From Leucoraja ocellata (Eukaryota): 64,000 nt of DNA. Every line of letters begins with the position of its first letter. The stretch's first letter is position 1. The notes under the pieces were generated by a model. It saw only the letters and a program-made list of their open reading frames with translations, was not told the origin of the DNA and searched no databases. Shown one piece after another: positions 48,000-61,490 of this stretch. The stretch lies in assembly GCA_036785375.1 (NCBI GenBank), contig JAWMAR010000044.1:5890001-5954000 (forward strand), in the 5' to 3' direction. Both the position numbers and the translations under genes were made by a program.

Positions 48000-48953
48000 G
48001 GGTCTCTGCGCATCCCTCTGCAATTGGATCCTCGACTTCCTCATCCACAGACCACAGTCTGTTCATATTGGTGGAAATGTGTCAGACTCGATAACAATCA
48101 GCACGGGAGCACCTCAAGGCTGCGTGCTCAGCCCCCTGCTGTACTCACTCTATACTCATGACTGCGTAGCCGGTCATAGTGCGAACTCCATAATCAAGTT
48201 TGCTGACGACACCACGGTCGTGGGACGTATCACTGATGGGGATGAGTCCGAGTATAGAAGAGAGATTGAGCAACTGTCCATATGGTGCCAGCACAATAAC
48301 CTGGCTCTCAACACCAGCAAAACCAAGGAACTGATTGTGGACTTTGGAAGGAGTAGGAGGGGGACCCACAGTCCCGTTTATATCAACGGGTCAATGGTTG
48401 AAAGGGTCAAGAGCTTCAAATTCCTGGGCGTGCACATCTCTGAAGATCTTTCCTGGTTCGAGAACACTGATGCAATTATCAAGAAAGCACATCAGCACCT
48501 CTACTTCCTGAGAAGATTACGGAGAGTCGGTTTGTCAAGCAGGACTCTATCTAACTTCTACAGGTGCACAGTAGAGAACATGCTGACCGGTTGCATCGTG
48601 GCTTGGTTCGGCAACTTGAGCGCCCTGGAGAGGAAGAGACCACAAAAAGTAGTAAACACTGCCCAGTCCATCATCGGCTCTGACCTTCCTTCCATCGAGG
48701 GGATTTATCGAAGTCGCTGCCTCAAAAAGGCTGGCAGTATAGCTACTTCCCCACAGCCATCAGGCTATTAAACCTGGCTCGGACAAATCTCTGAACATTA
48801 TAACCCATTATTTGTTATTTGCACTTTATCAGTTTATTTATTCATGTGTTTTGTAGTCAATGCCATTTATGTTCTGTGTGCTGAAGCAAAGCAAGAATTT
48901 CATTGTCCTATCAGGGACACATGACAATAAACTTGAATTTGAACTTAAACTTG

Positions 48954-50562
48954 TTTTGTTAAAATAAGACAATTCAAACCAACTCGTCAAATTGGTGACC
49001 CCGACGCGTCCAATCGAACAATAGACGCCGAACATGCAAGCCACCACCATTCCTGACGCCCAACAAAATGCCGTTGGCCTCAAGCTGCCCGTCTTCTGGC
49101 CCGAACAACTGCAGGTCTGGTTCGCGCAGGTCGAGGCGCAGTTCCACCTACACTACATCGCCGTTGACGACACAAAATATTTTTATGTCGTCAGTGCCCT
49201 CCCGCAAGAGACAGCCTCGCGGTTGCTGCCGTTCCTCCAGAATCCGCTAGCCCTCGCGAAATACGAGGCCCTCAAAGCTCTTCTGCTCTGCACGTTCGGG
49301 CTCAGCCGCCGGGATCGCGCCGCCCAACTCCTGCACATGAACGGTTTGGGCGACCGCAAACCATCCGCGTTGATGATTGAAATGCTGGCCTTAATGGACG
49401 GCCACCACACGTGTCTGCTCTTTGAACAGGCGTTCTTAGAGCAGATGCAGGACGACATCCGCCTCATGCTCGCGGGCGTCGACTTTACCTATCGCATGAG
49501 GCTTGAGGGGAGGGCCGACGAACTCTGGTTGGCGAAGCAGCAAGATGGTGGCGTAATCAGCCGGGTTCCGCGTCCGCGTGCCAGCAGCCTCGGCAAGACT
49601 GCGGCAAAGCCCCGCCCACTGCTTCTACCACTTCCGCTGCCGCCAATCCTACTCATTTCAGGGAAACACCTCGGCCGATCGTCTGTAGAGGCGATCGCGA
49701 TTAACCTTAACAATCGACTCTACGTCCTCGACCGTCACTCCGGCAGGCGTTTCCTCATAACACCGGGGCGATCATCAGCATCCTACCATCGACTGGAAGA
49801 GACACTCGTGCATGTACGCGAGGTCCTGCGCTCACGGCCGTTAACCATAGCACAATTCGAACTTACGGCACGCGGACCCTCTCGCTGTCCTTTGACTCCT
49901 GCCTGTACGAATGGTCGTTCATCGTTGCGGACGTCGCCCAGTCGCTCCTGGGTGCTGACGCCCTGCGGGCCTTCTCCCTTCTCGTCAATGTGCGGGGCGG
50001 CCGCATGATTCCGGCGTCAGACCTCGGACCCGCGGCCCCCTTCAAACCAGCCCACAGCTCAGCGCCATCGGCGAGGTCGACGGCCCCTATGCCTCCCTCC
50101 TCACCGGAGCTCCTCACTCCCCGTTTCAGCGCGATGGCCCCCAAGCACGGAGTCGTCCACCACATTCCCAACGTGGGCCCACCGGTACATGCCCGGGCAC
50201 GACGCCTCCCACCAGATAAACTGCGCATCGCCTGGGAGGAGTTTCAACTCATGGAGGATTTGGGAATTGTCCAGCGCTCAGACAGCCCGTGGGCGTCCCC
50301 ACTGCACATGATCTCAAACGCATCTCAAAAAGTGGAGGCCATGTGGGGACTATAGACGTCTGAACGCCAGCACCACTGCGGACCGCTACCCCGTACCCCA
50401 TATTCAAGACTTTTCTGCCTACCTTGAGGGTGCCACTTTCTTTTCTAAGGTAGACCTGGTCCGTGGGTATAACCAGATTCCCGTCCACCCAGACGATGTC
50501 CCAAAGACCGCGACCATCACCGCGTTTGGTTTATTCGAATGGCTGCGGATGCCCTTTGGTTG
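48954..50562 (+). mobile_element. Degenerate Ty3/Gypsy retrotransposon (CsRn1-like): LTR end, PBS, gag, protease, partial RT
   Basis: PBS TGGTGACCCCGACG (48993-49006) complements the tRNA-Trp 3' end. Gag KLPVFW...WFAQVEAQF...LGDRKPS; protease FLI[D]TGA broken by a 1-nt deletion; [44 protein letters not shown]. Truncated at ~50562. Confidence 0.9.
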
Positions 50563-53500
50563 ACGAACACCTCTCCCATCAGGCAAGAGGTACAGAAGTG
50601 TGAAAACATATACTAGAGAGCGGTCCTGACGTCCCATCTACTTCATCGGAGACCCTTGGTATATTTTGAACCAAACTTTATTGGACCTTATGTTGTACTG
50701 AATGTTATCCCGTGTCTGCACACTGTGACGCTTGATTGTAATCACGTATAATTTTTTTTGCTGACTGGATAGCACACAACAAAAAATATTTTAATTGTAC
50801 CTCGGTACACTTTACTAGAATAAACAAAACCGAAGTGTGGCACGGTGGTGCGGCGGTAGAGTTGCTGCCGCCGGAGAACAGGTTTAATCGCTGGAGAACA
50901 GGTGCGGCCAGTCTGTACGGGTTCTCCCGATGAACTGTTCTCCAAGATCTTCGGTTTTCTCCCACACACCAAAGACGTACAGGTATGTAGGTTCATTGGG
51001 GTCCATTGGCTTGGTGAATGTGTAAATTGCCACTAGTGTGTGTAGGGTGGTGTTAGTGTGCGGGGATCGTGCGGTGGGCCGAAGGGTCTGTTTCCGCGCT
51101 GTATCTCAAAACTAAACACAATTGTATCAAACCTCGTTACAACCAGCCTTACAATCTTCAGAGAATTCAAATTTTCTTGTCCCTAACTTTCAATAAAATA
51201 CAAACAGAAAATGCTGGAAACACACAGAAGGTCAGCCAGTTCTGTGGAAAGAGAAACAGATTTCAGGTCAATGAACCTTAATAGGATTCAGAATTCTTTC
51301 CAGTTGAGTTTAGTGATACAACATGGAAACTGGCCCTTCGGCACACCGAGTCCGTGTCGACTAGCGATCCCCATTACACTAGCACCCACGACACTCTAGG
51401 GGCAATATACAATTTATCCAGAACGTCTTTGGAGGGTGGGAGGTAACCGGAGCACCCAGAGAAAACCCGGGGAGAAGGTACAAACTCCGAGCAAACAACT
51501 CCCATATCAGGATTGAACCCCGGTCTCTGGAGCTCTATCGTGGCACCACCCGTCCCGATGAAGAATATTTGAGTTGTGGCAATAATTCTGTTTCACTCTC
51601 CACAGATGCTGCCTGGCCAGCCTAGTGTATCCAATATTTTCAAATTTGATTTCAAAATTCCAGCAGATGTTTTTTTTGTAGGGATTAGTTAGTGGATTCT
51701 ATCAGGCACCATTAATAGAAAAGCAAAAGCAGCACCTTCTCACTCCTCCCTTGTGGTATTCTTTAAAACTTATTGAGGAACTTTTTGCTATGTTAAAGAT
51801 GATTTGTTTTTAAAAGGCACACATCAATGTAAGACACAAAATGCTGGAGTAACTCTGACATTGCAGGTTGGAATCCTCCTTCAGTCTGAAGAAGGGTTCT
51901 AAACAAAAACAAAAGTCTAGAACATACCTTTAGAAAGAAGATGAGGAGGAATTTATTTGTTTAGAGGGTGGTGAATTTATAGCTTTAATTCGTACAGAAG
52001 GCTGTGGAGAACATCAATGGATATTTTTAAGGCAGAGATTGATAGATTCTTGATTAGTACGGGTGTCGGGGGTTATGGGGAGAAGGCAGGAGAATGGGTT
52101 TGTGAGAGAAAGATAGATCTGCCATGAATGATTGGCGGAGTAGATTGGTTGGGCCGAATGGCCTAACTCTGCTCCTATAACTTATGAACATTGCTACTCC
52201 ATATTTTTCATGGATGCTGCCTGACCTGCTGAGTTACACCAGCATTTTGTGTCTTTCTTTTATATTAGCCAGCATCTGCAGTTCATTGTTATTGCACTTT
52301 GATGTAATTGGACTGTTGGGATGGAAATTCACACGTGCCATTCTTTGCCCCATGACCACTTTAGCTCCATATTCAGTGGTAAATAACTGGCACAATTTGT
52401 TATAGTTGCTGTGATCAGGTTGATACCTCAGAGTGTGATGGTTATTTGTCGCTTCGAGCTGACTCGTTCTTGCACTTGGCACCTCATCCAGATGCTGGAT
52501 ATTTTTCTTTGCATTCAGGTGGACGTAGTTCTCATTTTAGACAGCAGTGGAGAATCTCTCTTTAGTCACCTGAAACATGAATATACATATTCAGATATAA
52601 TTATATGAAATATACAAAGGACAGCAATGGTTCAATGGTGCTTTACCATCACATGGGCAAAGTGCAAACGCACAGTGAAATTCTATTCTTACAAACGGTC
52701 CAGTACAGTATTGCCATACCCAAGCACATCCCTGATTAGCAAGTGAACAGAAATAGTCCACTGATCCCGCATTCAGGAGACGCCATGCTTTGGCATTATT
52801 TTCAAAGTCCAGTCCACGGACTAGTTGTGATGAGTGTTGCCGCTCCAGGCGAGCCCCAGGGCCTCCAGCCATCACCTTCCTTGGACGGGCAGGTTGACCA
52901 GCAAACCGACGTCCCTCTCCTCGCCCGTCCACCTTTGTTCCCCGGGGGCGCCTCCTGCAGCCGACCTCGAGGGTACAGACTGTAGTGCTCCTGGCAACGG
53001 TGCTCTGTCTCTGCTCCAGCGACACTGGCTCGATCCTGCAATCCAGCACTGCCAGTGTGGAGTTTGCATGTTCTCCCTGTGACCGCATGGATTTCTTCAT
53101 GGGTGCCTCAGTTTCTTCTACATCTCAAAGACATACGGGTTGCGAGGTTAATTGGGCATTGCCTCAAAAAGACAGCCAGCATCATCAAAGACCCACACCA
53201 ACCTGGCCATGCTCTCATTTCACTCCCACCATCTGGAAGAAGGTATAGGAGACTGAAAACCATGACCACCAATTTCAGGAACAGTCTCATCCCCACTACC
53301 AACAGGCTCTTAAACACTACACAACACTAACCTCAACTATGAACTATGGATTGTCTTTGCATTGCGGACTGCGGGCTTTTATACACGTTTGGGGTTATTC
53401 ATTTGTTGATCTTTGTTTATTATGTATTATCTAAGTGTGTTGCATTTCGAGGCTTGCTAAGCTGCTGCAAATAAGAATTTCATTGGTCTATTGTCAGTAC

Positions 53501-54307
53501 ATATGACAATTATACACTCTTGACCATAAATTGCCTGTTGTGTGTTGGTGAGTGATAGATTCTGCGAGTTGTTGGGGATGTGGGAAGAATGAAATGCAAT
53601 TGATGTAGGAGTAGCTTAAATAGATGGTTGATGGTCAGCGCTCGGTGGGCCAAAGAACCTGTTTCTGTGCTATATGTCTCTTTGACTCTCAATAGGTACA
53701 GGAATTAGCCACTACTCCTGCGACTAATTCTGTGAGGAGTGTTTGATGGCTCTGTGCCTATACTCATTGGAGCGTAGAAGGCAGAGGGGGGATCTCATTG
53801 ATATCCACCGAATGATGAAAAGCTGAGATTGGGTGGATGTGTAAAGGATGTTTCCAGTAAGGGGAGAGTCCAGGAGGACACAGCCTCAGAATAAAAAGAA
53901 GTACCTTTAGAAAGGAGGAGGAATTTATTTAGTAGAGGGTTGTGAATCCGTGCAATGCATGGACACAGACAGCTGTGAAGGGCAAGACATTGGGTATTTT
54001 TAAAGCAAAGGTTGATAGGCTCTTGATTAGTAAGGACGTCAAAGATTAAGAAGAGACAGCAGGCGAATGGGATTGAGAGGGAAAAATAGATCAGCCACGA
54101 TGGAATCGCGGAGTAGACTCAATCAGCCGAATGGCCTAATTCTGCTCCTGTGTATAAAAGATGGAAAGGGTACAGAGAAGATTTACTAAGATGTTGCCAG
54201 GACTAGAGGGTCCTGGGTGAGCAGGAGGATGAGGGGTGATCTTATAAAATCATGGGAGGAATAGATCAGATGCACAGGGTCTCTTGCCCAGATTAAGTAA
54301 ATCGAAG

Positions 54308-54417
54308 GTACACAAAAATGCTGGAGAAATTCAGCCGGTGCAGTAGCACCCACTGAATTTCTCCAGCATTTTTGTGTTCCTTCGAATTTCCAGCATCTGC
54401 AGTTCCTTCTTAAACAC
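54308..54417. mobile_element. Fold-back Penelope terminal-repeat insertion within a CR1
   Basis: Imperfect 15-bp TSD TTAAGTAAATCGAAG / TTAGGTAAATAGAAG (54293-54307, 54418-54432); inverted arms. Confidence 0.7.
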
Positions 54418-57400
54418 TTAGGTAAATAGAAGACCAGAGGACATAGATTTAAGGTGAAGGGAAAAAGATTTAATAGGAATCTGAGAGATAACTTTTTCAT
54501 ACAAAAGGTGGTGGCTGTATAGAACAAGCTGCCAGAGGAGGCAGTTGAGGCTGGAACTATCCCAATGTTTAAGAAACAGTTGGACAGGTACATGGATAGG
54601 TTAGGTTTGGAGGGATATGGACCAAACGCAGGCAGGAGGGACTAGTGTAGCCGGGACATGTTGGCCGGTGTGAGCAAGTTGGGCTGTGGGGCCTGTTTCC
54701 ACACAGTATCACTCAATGACTCCATGTCATATGTTCTTATGATCTATCCCTTCTGCTCCACCATTCAATAAGATTATGTGTGATTTTATTCTAAACTCAC
54801 CCTCTTACCTAATAGGTCACAATTTCACGGTTATTGGTTCTCTTTTTCCAGGTTTTTCTTTTATTTCTTCTTATTTCCATTAATAAATGATAGTAACTAG
54901 TCAGTTATCAACAGTGACCCGGAGTACTTGTGCAAAATTGGCTCAATCATCTATCAAAGTCTACCTTAGAGGAGGAACTTAATTCCAGTCATAGACATTT
55001 TAGCCTCGACCCATTCACCCATAAATGTTGCAAGAAAGAATGGGTCAGCTGATAACTGATCTTAAAGTTTTCAAAGAAATCCAAAGAGCAATTCTGGTGA
55101 AACCTATTCACCCAAAAAATTGTGAAAATGTACAAATTGCGACAACAGGGACTGGTTGAGGTTCGTGGAAGTAAATGAGGGAAGTTAGTAAAAGGTTTCA
55201 GAGGTCCATGAGTATTGGGCTGCTCCTGTACCACTGATTCCCCATGTATTTCTGTGTGTAGCAAGATTTGGCCCTCTTATTGGAGACTCAGAGTCTTTAG
55301 ACTTTAGATTTTAGAGATACAGTGCGGAAACATGCCCTTGAGCCCATCTAGTCCGTGCCAACGAGCGATCACCCCTTACACTAGCACTATCCAACACACT
55401 TGGGACAATTTTTTACCCAAGTCAATTAACCTACAAACCTGCAGGAAGGAACTGCAGATGCTGGTTTAAATCGAAGATAGACACAAAATACTCTAGTTAC
55501 TCAGCAGGCCAGGCAGAGTTTGGAGAAGGGCCTCGGCCCAAAATGTCACCATTCCTTTTCTCCGGAGATGCTGCCTGTCCTGCTGAGTTAATCCAGCATT
55601 TTGTGTCTACCCCACAAACCTCTATGTCTGTGGAGTGTGGGAGGAAATCGGAGCGCCCAGAGAAAACCCACATTGTCATTGTCACTCTGTACAGACAGCA
55701 GCCATAGTCAGGATCAAACCTGGGTCTCTGGCACTGTAAAGCAGCCACTGTGCCATCCTAAATACAGCATGGAAACAGGCTCTTTGACACAACTCATCCA
55801 TGCTGCCCAAGATACTCCATTTACACCAGTCCCACCTGCCCACATTTGGCTCCTATCCTTCAAAACTTTTCCTAGCCATGTATCAGTCAAAATGTGTTAT
55901 AAATTCTGTTAACACCCATTTCAACTACCTGCTTTGGCTGCTCATTCCATATACCCACCACCTCCTGCATGAAAAAGTTGCGCCTCAGGTTCCTATTGAA
56001 TCTTTCCATTCTCACCTTAAACCTACATCCTCCGGTTCTTGACGTCCCTACCCTGAGTAAAAGTGTGCGTTCACCCTATTAACTCCCCTTGTGATTTTAT
56101 GCACCTCTATAAGATCAGCACGCAACCTCCTGCACTCCAAGTCTTATCTTGCCCAGTTTCTCTCTATTGCTCGGACCCTCTAGTTCTGGCAAAATCTCCT
56201 CTGTATTCTACCCAGCTTAATGATGCAGGGTGACCAAAACTGAACACAATACTACAAATACTCCTTTTGCCCATCAAGTCCACGCTGACCATCAACCACC
56301 CATTTAAACTAATCCTTTACAATTACTAAATTATCTCTCTACTTAAATAATGTTTAGAGAAGCATAGTACTGCAGTGATCACTTCTGGAGATGCAGCCAT
56401 TGAAAGCTACAAAAACACTGTGTGGTTGCTAGAACAAGGACCAGAAAATTCACCAGGAAACACCAAAAAGTATATATAATGACCATTCATGCCTGTAAAA
56501 AGAATGTAGAAATCGGCATGAAACAGATTCATATACTGTATTCCCTCTCCCCTGGCTCTCAGTCTGGAGAAGGGTCTCGACCCAAAATTGAATTATAATT
56601 TGCTCATAGAGTCAGAGTCATTTATCATGGAAACGTGCCTTCAGCATAACTCGTTAATGCCATCCAAGATACCCCATCTAAGCTAGTGACATTTACATAT
56701 GGTTGGCCCATATCCATAGAATCGTAGAGCAACAGAGTCATAGTCATACAGCATGGAAACAGGTCCTTCGACCTAGTTTGCCTATTGCCCATCTACACTA
56801 GTGCCACTTGCCCACGTTTGACCCCCTGAACCATGTGCCTGTCCCAATGTCTTTTAAATGTTGTAATCATACCTACCTCAGCTACGTCCACTGGCAGCTT
56901 CTTTTATTTCCCCATCAAATTCACAATGAAAAAGTTGCTCCTCAGATTAGTATTAAATCTTTTCTCTCCTACCTTAAACCCATGTCCTTTAGTTATTGAT
57001 TCCCCTACCCTGGAAAATAGGCTCTGTGCATTCACACCTCATGAATTTTTACATCTCAGTAAACTCGCCCTTCAATCTCCTGTGCTCCAACGAATAAAGT
57101 CCCAACCTGCCCAACCTCTCCCTACAGCTCAGTTCCCTCAAAATCATCACTCTTTCCAACTTAATAGCATCATTCCTATTGCAGAGTGACCATATAATAC
57201 TCTAAGTGCGGCCTCACCGATGTCTTATACATTTAGGTTTAGATTTATTATTGTCACATGTACCGAGGTACAGTGAAAAGCTTTGTTTAACATGCTATCC
57301 AAACAGATCAGATCTACCATAAAATGATACAATCAGTTCAAACTCAAGAACAGTATGGTGGCATGGTGGGCACAGCGGTAGAGTTGCTGCCTTACAGTGT

Positions 57401-57949
57401 TTGCAGCATCGGAGACCCGGTCTAGAACAAGAGGGCACAGCCTCAGAATAAAAGCATGTACCTTCAAAATGGAGAGGAGGAAGAATTTATTTAACCAGCG
57501 GGTCGCGAATCTGTGGAATACATTGCCACAGATGGCGGTGGAGGCCAAGACATTGGGTATTTTTAAAGTAGAGATTGATGAGTTCTTGATTAGGAAAGGT
57601 GTTAATGGTTACAGGGAGAAGGCAGGAGCATGGGGTTGAGATGGAAAAAGAGATCAGTTATGACTGAATGGCAAAGTCAACTCAATGGGCTAAATGGCCT
57701 ATTTTTGCTTCAATGTCTTATGGTCCTATGGCACGTTTTTGGAGGGGATAGACACAAAAAGCTGGAGTAATTCAGCAGGACAGGCAGCATCTCTGGAGAG
57801 AAGGAATGGGTGACGTTTCAGGTCGAGACCCTTCTTCTGAGAGACAGGATCGACATGCAAAGGTCAAGACCAGTTAGCAATAGTCAACCTGGCTTTGTGC
57901 ATGGGAAATTGTGTCTCACCAATTCAATTGCTTTTTTGAAGACACAAGG

Positions 57950-58160
57950 AACACTTGTCATTTCAAGAGGCAGCTTTGGAGAAGGTGTAGTCCAGATAAA
58001 TATGGTGGTTTTGCAGTAGACATCAGTCGATAGTCTGACCTTGCAATGGATACAGAGATCAAGGAAGGGGGGAGGGGTGTCAGATATAGTCCAAGTGCAT
58101 TTGATGGCAGGGTGGAGATCTGCATGGGTGCAGAAGTGATAACTGTGGGAGTCGGTGGGT
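57950..58160 (-). mobile_element. Penelope RT fragment
   Basis: DLHPAIKCTWTISDTPPPFLDLCI...LSTDVYCKTT matches the PLE RT C-terminal motifs (HPxIKFT, PFLD, TDxYxK). Confidence 0.7.
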
Positions 58161-61094
58161 TTATAGTAGACTAAAAATATAGCTCTTCGAAACAAAACGT
58201 TTTTGAAGAGCTGGCAAAGAGGATTTATGAGGGCATTGCAGCAGACTTGTAGACATGGGCTTTGACAATATATCACATTGTAGGCCAGTCTAGAAGGTCA
58301 CATCAAATTGGATGTAACTAATTAAATACAAAATTGGCTTAAAAGCAGGAAGCAGAGGGAGGCAGTAGAGAGTTGTTATTTAGAGTGGGGGCCTGTGACC
58401 AGTGGTGTAACACAGGGATCGATGTAGGGTCCACTCTTGTTTTTTCTTTATTTTAAGGATTTGGATGTGAATGTAGATGGCATCATTAGTAAGATTGCCA
58501 AAGACACTGAAATTGGTGGTAGAATTGGCAGTGAGGAAGATTATCTATAATTACAATGGTATCTTGATCAATCGGCTAAAGAGTTTCGGATGCTGTTTAT
58601 TTCAGATAAATGTGAGTTTTTGCATTTTGGTCGGGCAAACTAGGGCAGGATTTACACAGTAAGTGGTAGGCTCCTGGGAGGGTTGCCAAGCAGAGCAACC
58701 TAGGGGTGCAGGTACATGCTTACCTTGAAAGTGGTGACTTGGGTAGACAGAGTTGTGAAGAGATTGTTTGTCATTTGCCTTCATCTGTCAGGGTATTGAG
58801 TACAGGGGTTGGGATGTCTTGTTAGAGCTGTATAAGATGTTGGTAATGCCATATCTGGAGGACTGTGTACAGTTTGTCCTGTTATAGGAAGGATGTCATT
58901 AAACTGAAAATGATGCAAAAAAAGATTTATGTGGCTGTTACCATTTCTGGAGGATTTGAGATATACAAAGAGATGGATAGGCAAAGTGTCATCTACCCAT
59001 GTTCTCCAGAGATGCTGCCTGATCCGGCATCTGAGTTACTCCAGCACTGTGAGTTGTTTTTTTTTTTTAACATAAATGAAGTGTACGCATTAAGAACAGT
59101 TTGCACCTTTCTGTGGAAATAATGGATATTGTTAAACTTTCCTCATTTAATCAAGAAAAATTGGTGAGATATTGCAAGGATGCACTTAAAGATCTGGAGT
59201 AACCTGCTGCCTATTCCTGCATAAGTTCTAAGTGCACGTTATTGGGTGGCACAGTAGTGCAGCTGGTAGAGATGCTGCCACACAGCGCCAGAGACCCAGG
59301 TTTGATTCTGACCTCGGCTGCTGTCTGCGTGGAGTTTGCACGTTCTCCCCGTGACTGCATGGGTTTCCTTCAGCCTTCAGCCCAACTTACCCATGCCAAC
59401 CAGGATGCCCCATCTACACTAGGCGCAGCCGCACACATTGCACACACATCTGTCTAAACCTTTCCTATCTATGTATCTGTCCAAATGTCTTTTAAATGTT
59501 GCTATAGCATAGTTTTAGTTTAGTTTATTATTGTCACGAGTACCGAGGTAAAGTGAAAAGCTTTATTTTGTTTGCGATCCAATCAGCAGAAAGACTACGC
59601 ATGAGTATGAGGGTCTCCAATGAGGTACCACTTGCACCCCTTTATTCATTCTTAAGATGCTCTGAAATGTTTTCCCATATAAAGTCTAACATCAGAATAA
59701 TTTATTTATCTACTGACTGGATTGACATTTTAATGGATCATTACACCCTGTCAAATCATACACTGAATCAAGACAGGCAGGCAAGAGTCTTATCGCCCCT
59801 TTAGCTGGTAGTTAAAGTGTTATTTCAGCAGTTGTTTTTGTAACCGTCCATCATAAAGTCAACCAGCAGAGATGAAAGTTGACAATTTTACACCTCAGAA
59901 GAAAACTCAGTTCAGAGGATTGTAAGAAAGAATCAAGAGTGGAAGAGCTAAGAATGTAAAAGCAGGATAATCTGAATAGATTCTTTATATTTTCTGCATC
60001 AGAGAGGTAATATGACCTAGTAAGATGATTGTTTAGAGTCAGGGACACAAAGGGCTGCAGGTTAATCAGCAGGTCAGGCGGCATCCGCAGAGGCAGAACG
60101 ATGGGCAACGTTTCAAGATTTATCTTCTTTCAAGGTTAAAAGCCAGCACATCAGAAGCCGATCCTTGTGTGTTTGGAGATTAACCTTATGGTCTGTTCTT
60201 TCCACAACATCCAGGCATTTCTCTCTCTTCCTCACTCATCAGATTTGGCTTGGCATCAACGTTGCGACATTTTTCTCTGAAAATCAAAAACGCTGCAAAT
60301 GTTGAAAATCTGAAACAAAGGTGGCAGATTCTGGAAATACGCAGACAGCACCTGTGGAAGGAAAGACAGCGTCAACGTTTAATGCTATTCATCTTTGCTT
60401 TTCCAATTTCTGATCTGTCGAGATTGCGTGGATTGAGATTGATGTCTGTTCACTGTCTCCTCAAGCTAGGGTTATAGTTATTGGTCAAGTACATCCTGCA
60501 TTCTGCATCATGAGGTCCATTTTAAATGTCTCTCATGTGCTGTCACATGTGGCCCCCTTTATATCTCTTCTCGTTCACTCTTGAACTGGTGCCAGGCAAG
60601 AGTCAAGAGTGTTATATTGTCATATGTTCCAAAAGGGAACAATGAAATTCTTACTTGCAGCAGCACAACACATATGTAAACATAGTACCCTGTATAGCCC
60701 ATAATAAACAAAAAAAAGTTATACATGTGTGTGTGTGTATCATACATTTATAAAACAAACAGACAATAATAGTGTAAAGTCAAAAATAATACTTTTTTAA
60801 TAAGTCTCTATAGTTCGGATCCTATTTGGAGGTTGTGGTGTTTAATAGCCTGATGAGTGTAGGGAAGAAGCTGCTCCTAAACCTGGACGTTACAGTTTTC
60901 AGGCTCCTGTGCCTCCTTCCAGATGACAGGAGTGAAATGAGAGCGTGGCCAGGGTGGTGCGGGTCTCTGATGATGCCGGCTGCCCTTTTGAGGCAACTCT
61001 TATCGATCCCTTCGATGGTCGCGATGTCGGTACAAAATGTTCACCACTTTTTGCAATCTTCTTCATTCCTAGGCATAATTATAATATCACGTAT

Positions 61095-61490
61095 GAAAAT
61101 CCAGCCATCAGCCCCGTGATATTCAATGGCATTAACATCACTGAGTTGCCCACCATTAGCATCATGGAGGTTATAAATGACCAGGAACTGGCCTGGAGTT
61201 GTCAGATACACCATGTGGCTACAAGACCACGTCAGAGGCTAGTAATTCTGCAGTGAGTGACTGATCTTGTAACTCACCCACATCTCTCCGCCGTTCACAA
61301 GCCTCATATCAGGAGAGAGATGGAACGCTCTGCACTCACCAGCGTGAGTGCAGCTTCAACAACACTCAAGAAGCTCGACATCGACTGGATAGGCACCCCA
61401 TCCACAACCATCCACTCGTCCCCAAGACCGACACACAGTGACATTAGTTTTGTACCATCTACAGGATGCACTGCAGTGACTCAACAAGTT
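61095..61490 (+). mobile_element. Old L2/Crack-like LINE RT C-terminal fragment
   Basis: PVIFNGINITELPTISIMEVINDQELAWSCQIHHVATRPRQRLVILQ...AVHKPHIRREMERSAL...SAASTTLKKLD. Confidence 0.65.

Larger units (their letters stand above)
46276..48953 (+). mobile_element. 5'-truncated Rex1/Babar-clade LINE, interrupted by a Penelope insertion
   Basis: [65 protein letters not shown], and a C-terminal HLYFLRRLR...FYRCTVE motif. Frameshift at ~46910, internal deletion at ~48741, AATAAA plus (CTTGAA)n-like tail. Confidence 0.9.

Noticed and set aside
49034-50008. 324-aa ORF as an intact or domesticated gag-derived gene
   Set aside because: It passes from gag into the pol frame and then out of frame at the broken protease site, and the knuckle is partly deleted. 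Best explained as a decayed Gypsy.
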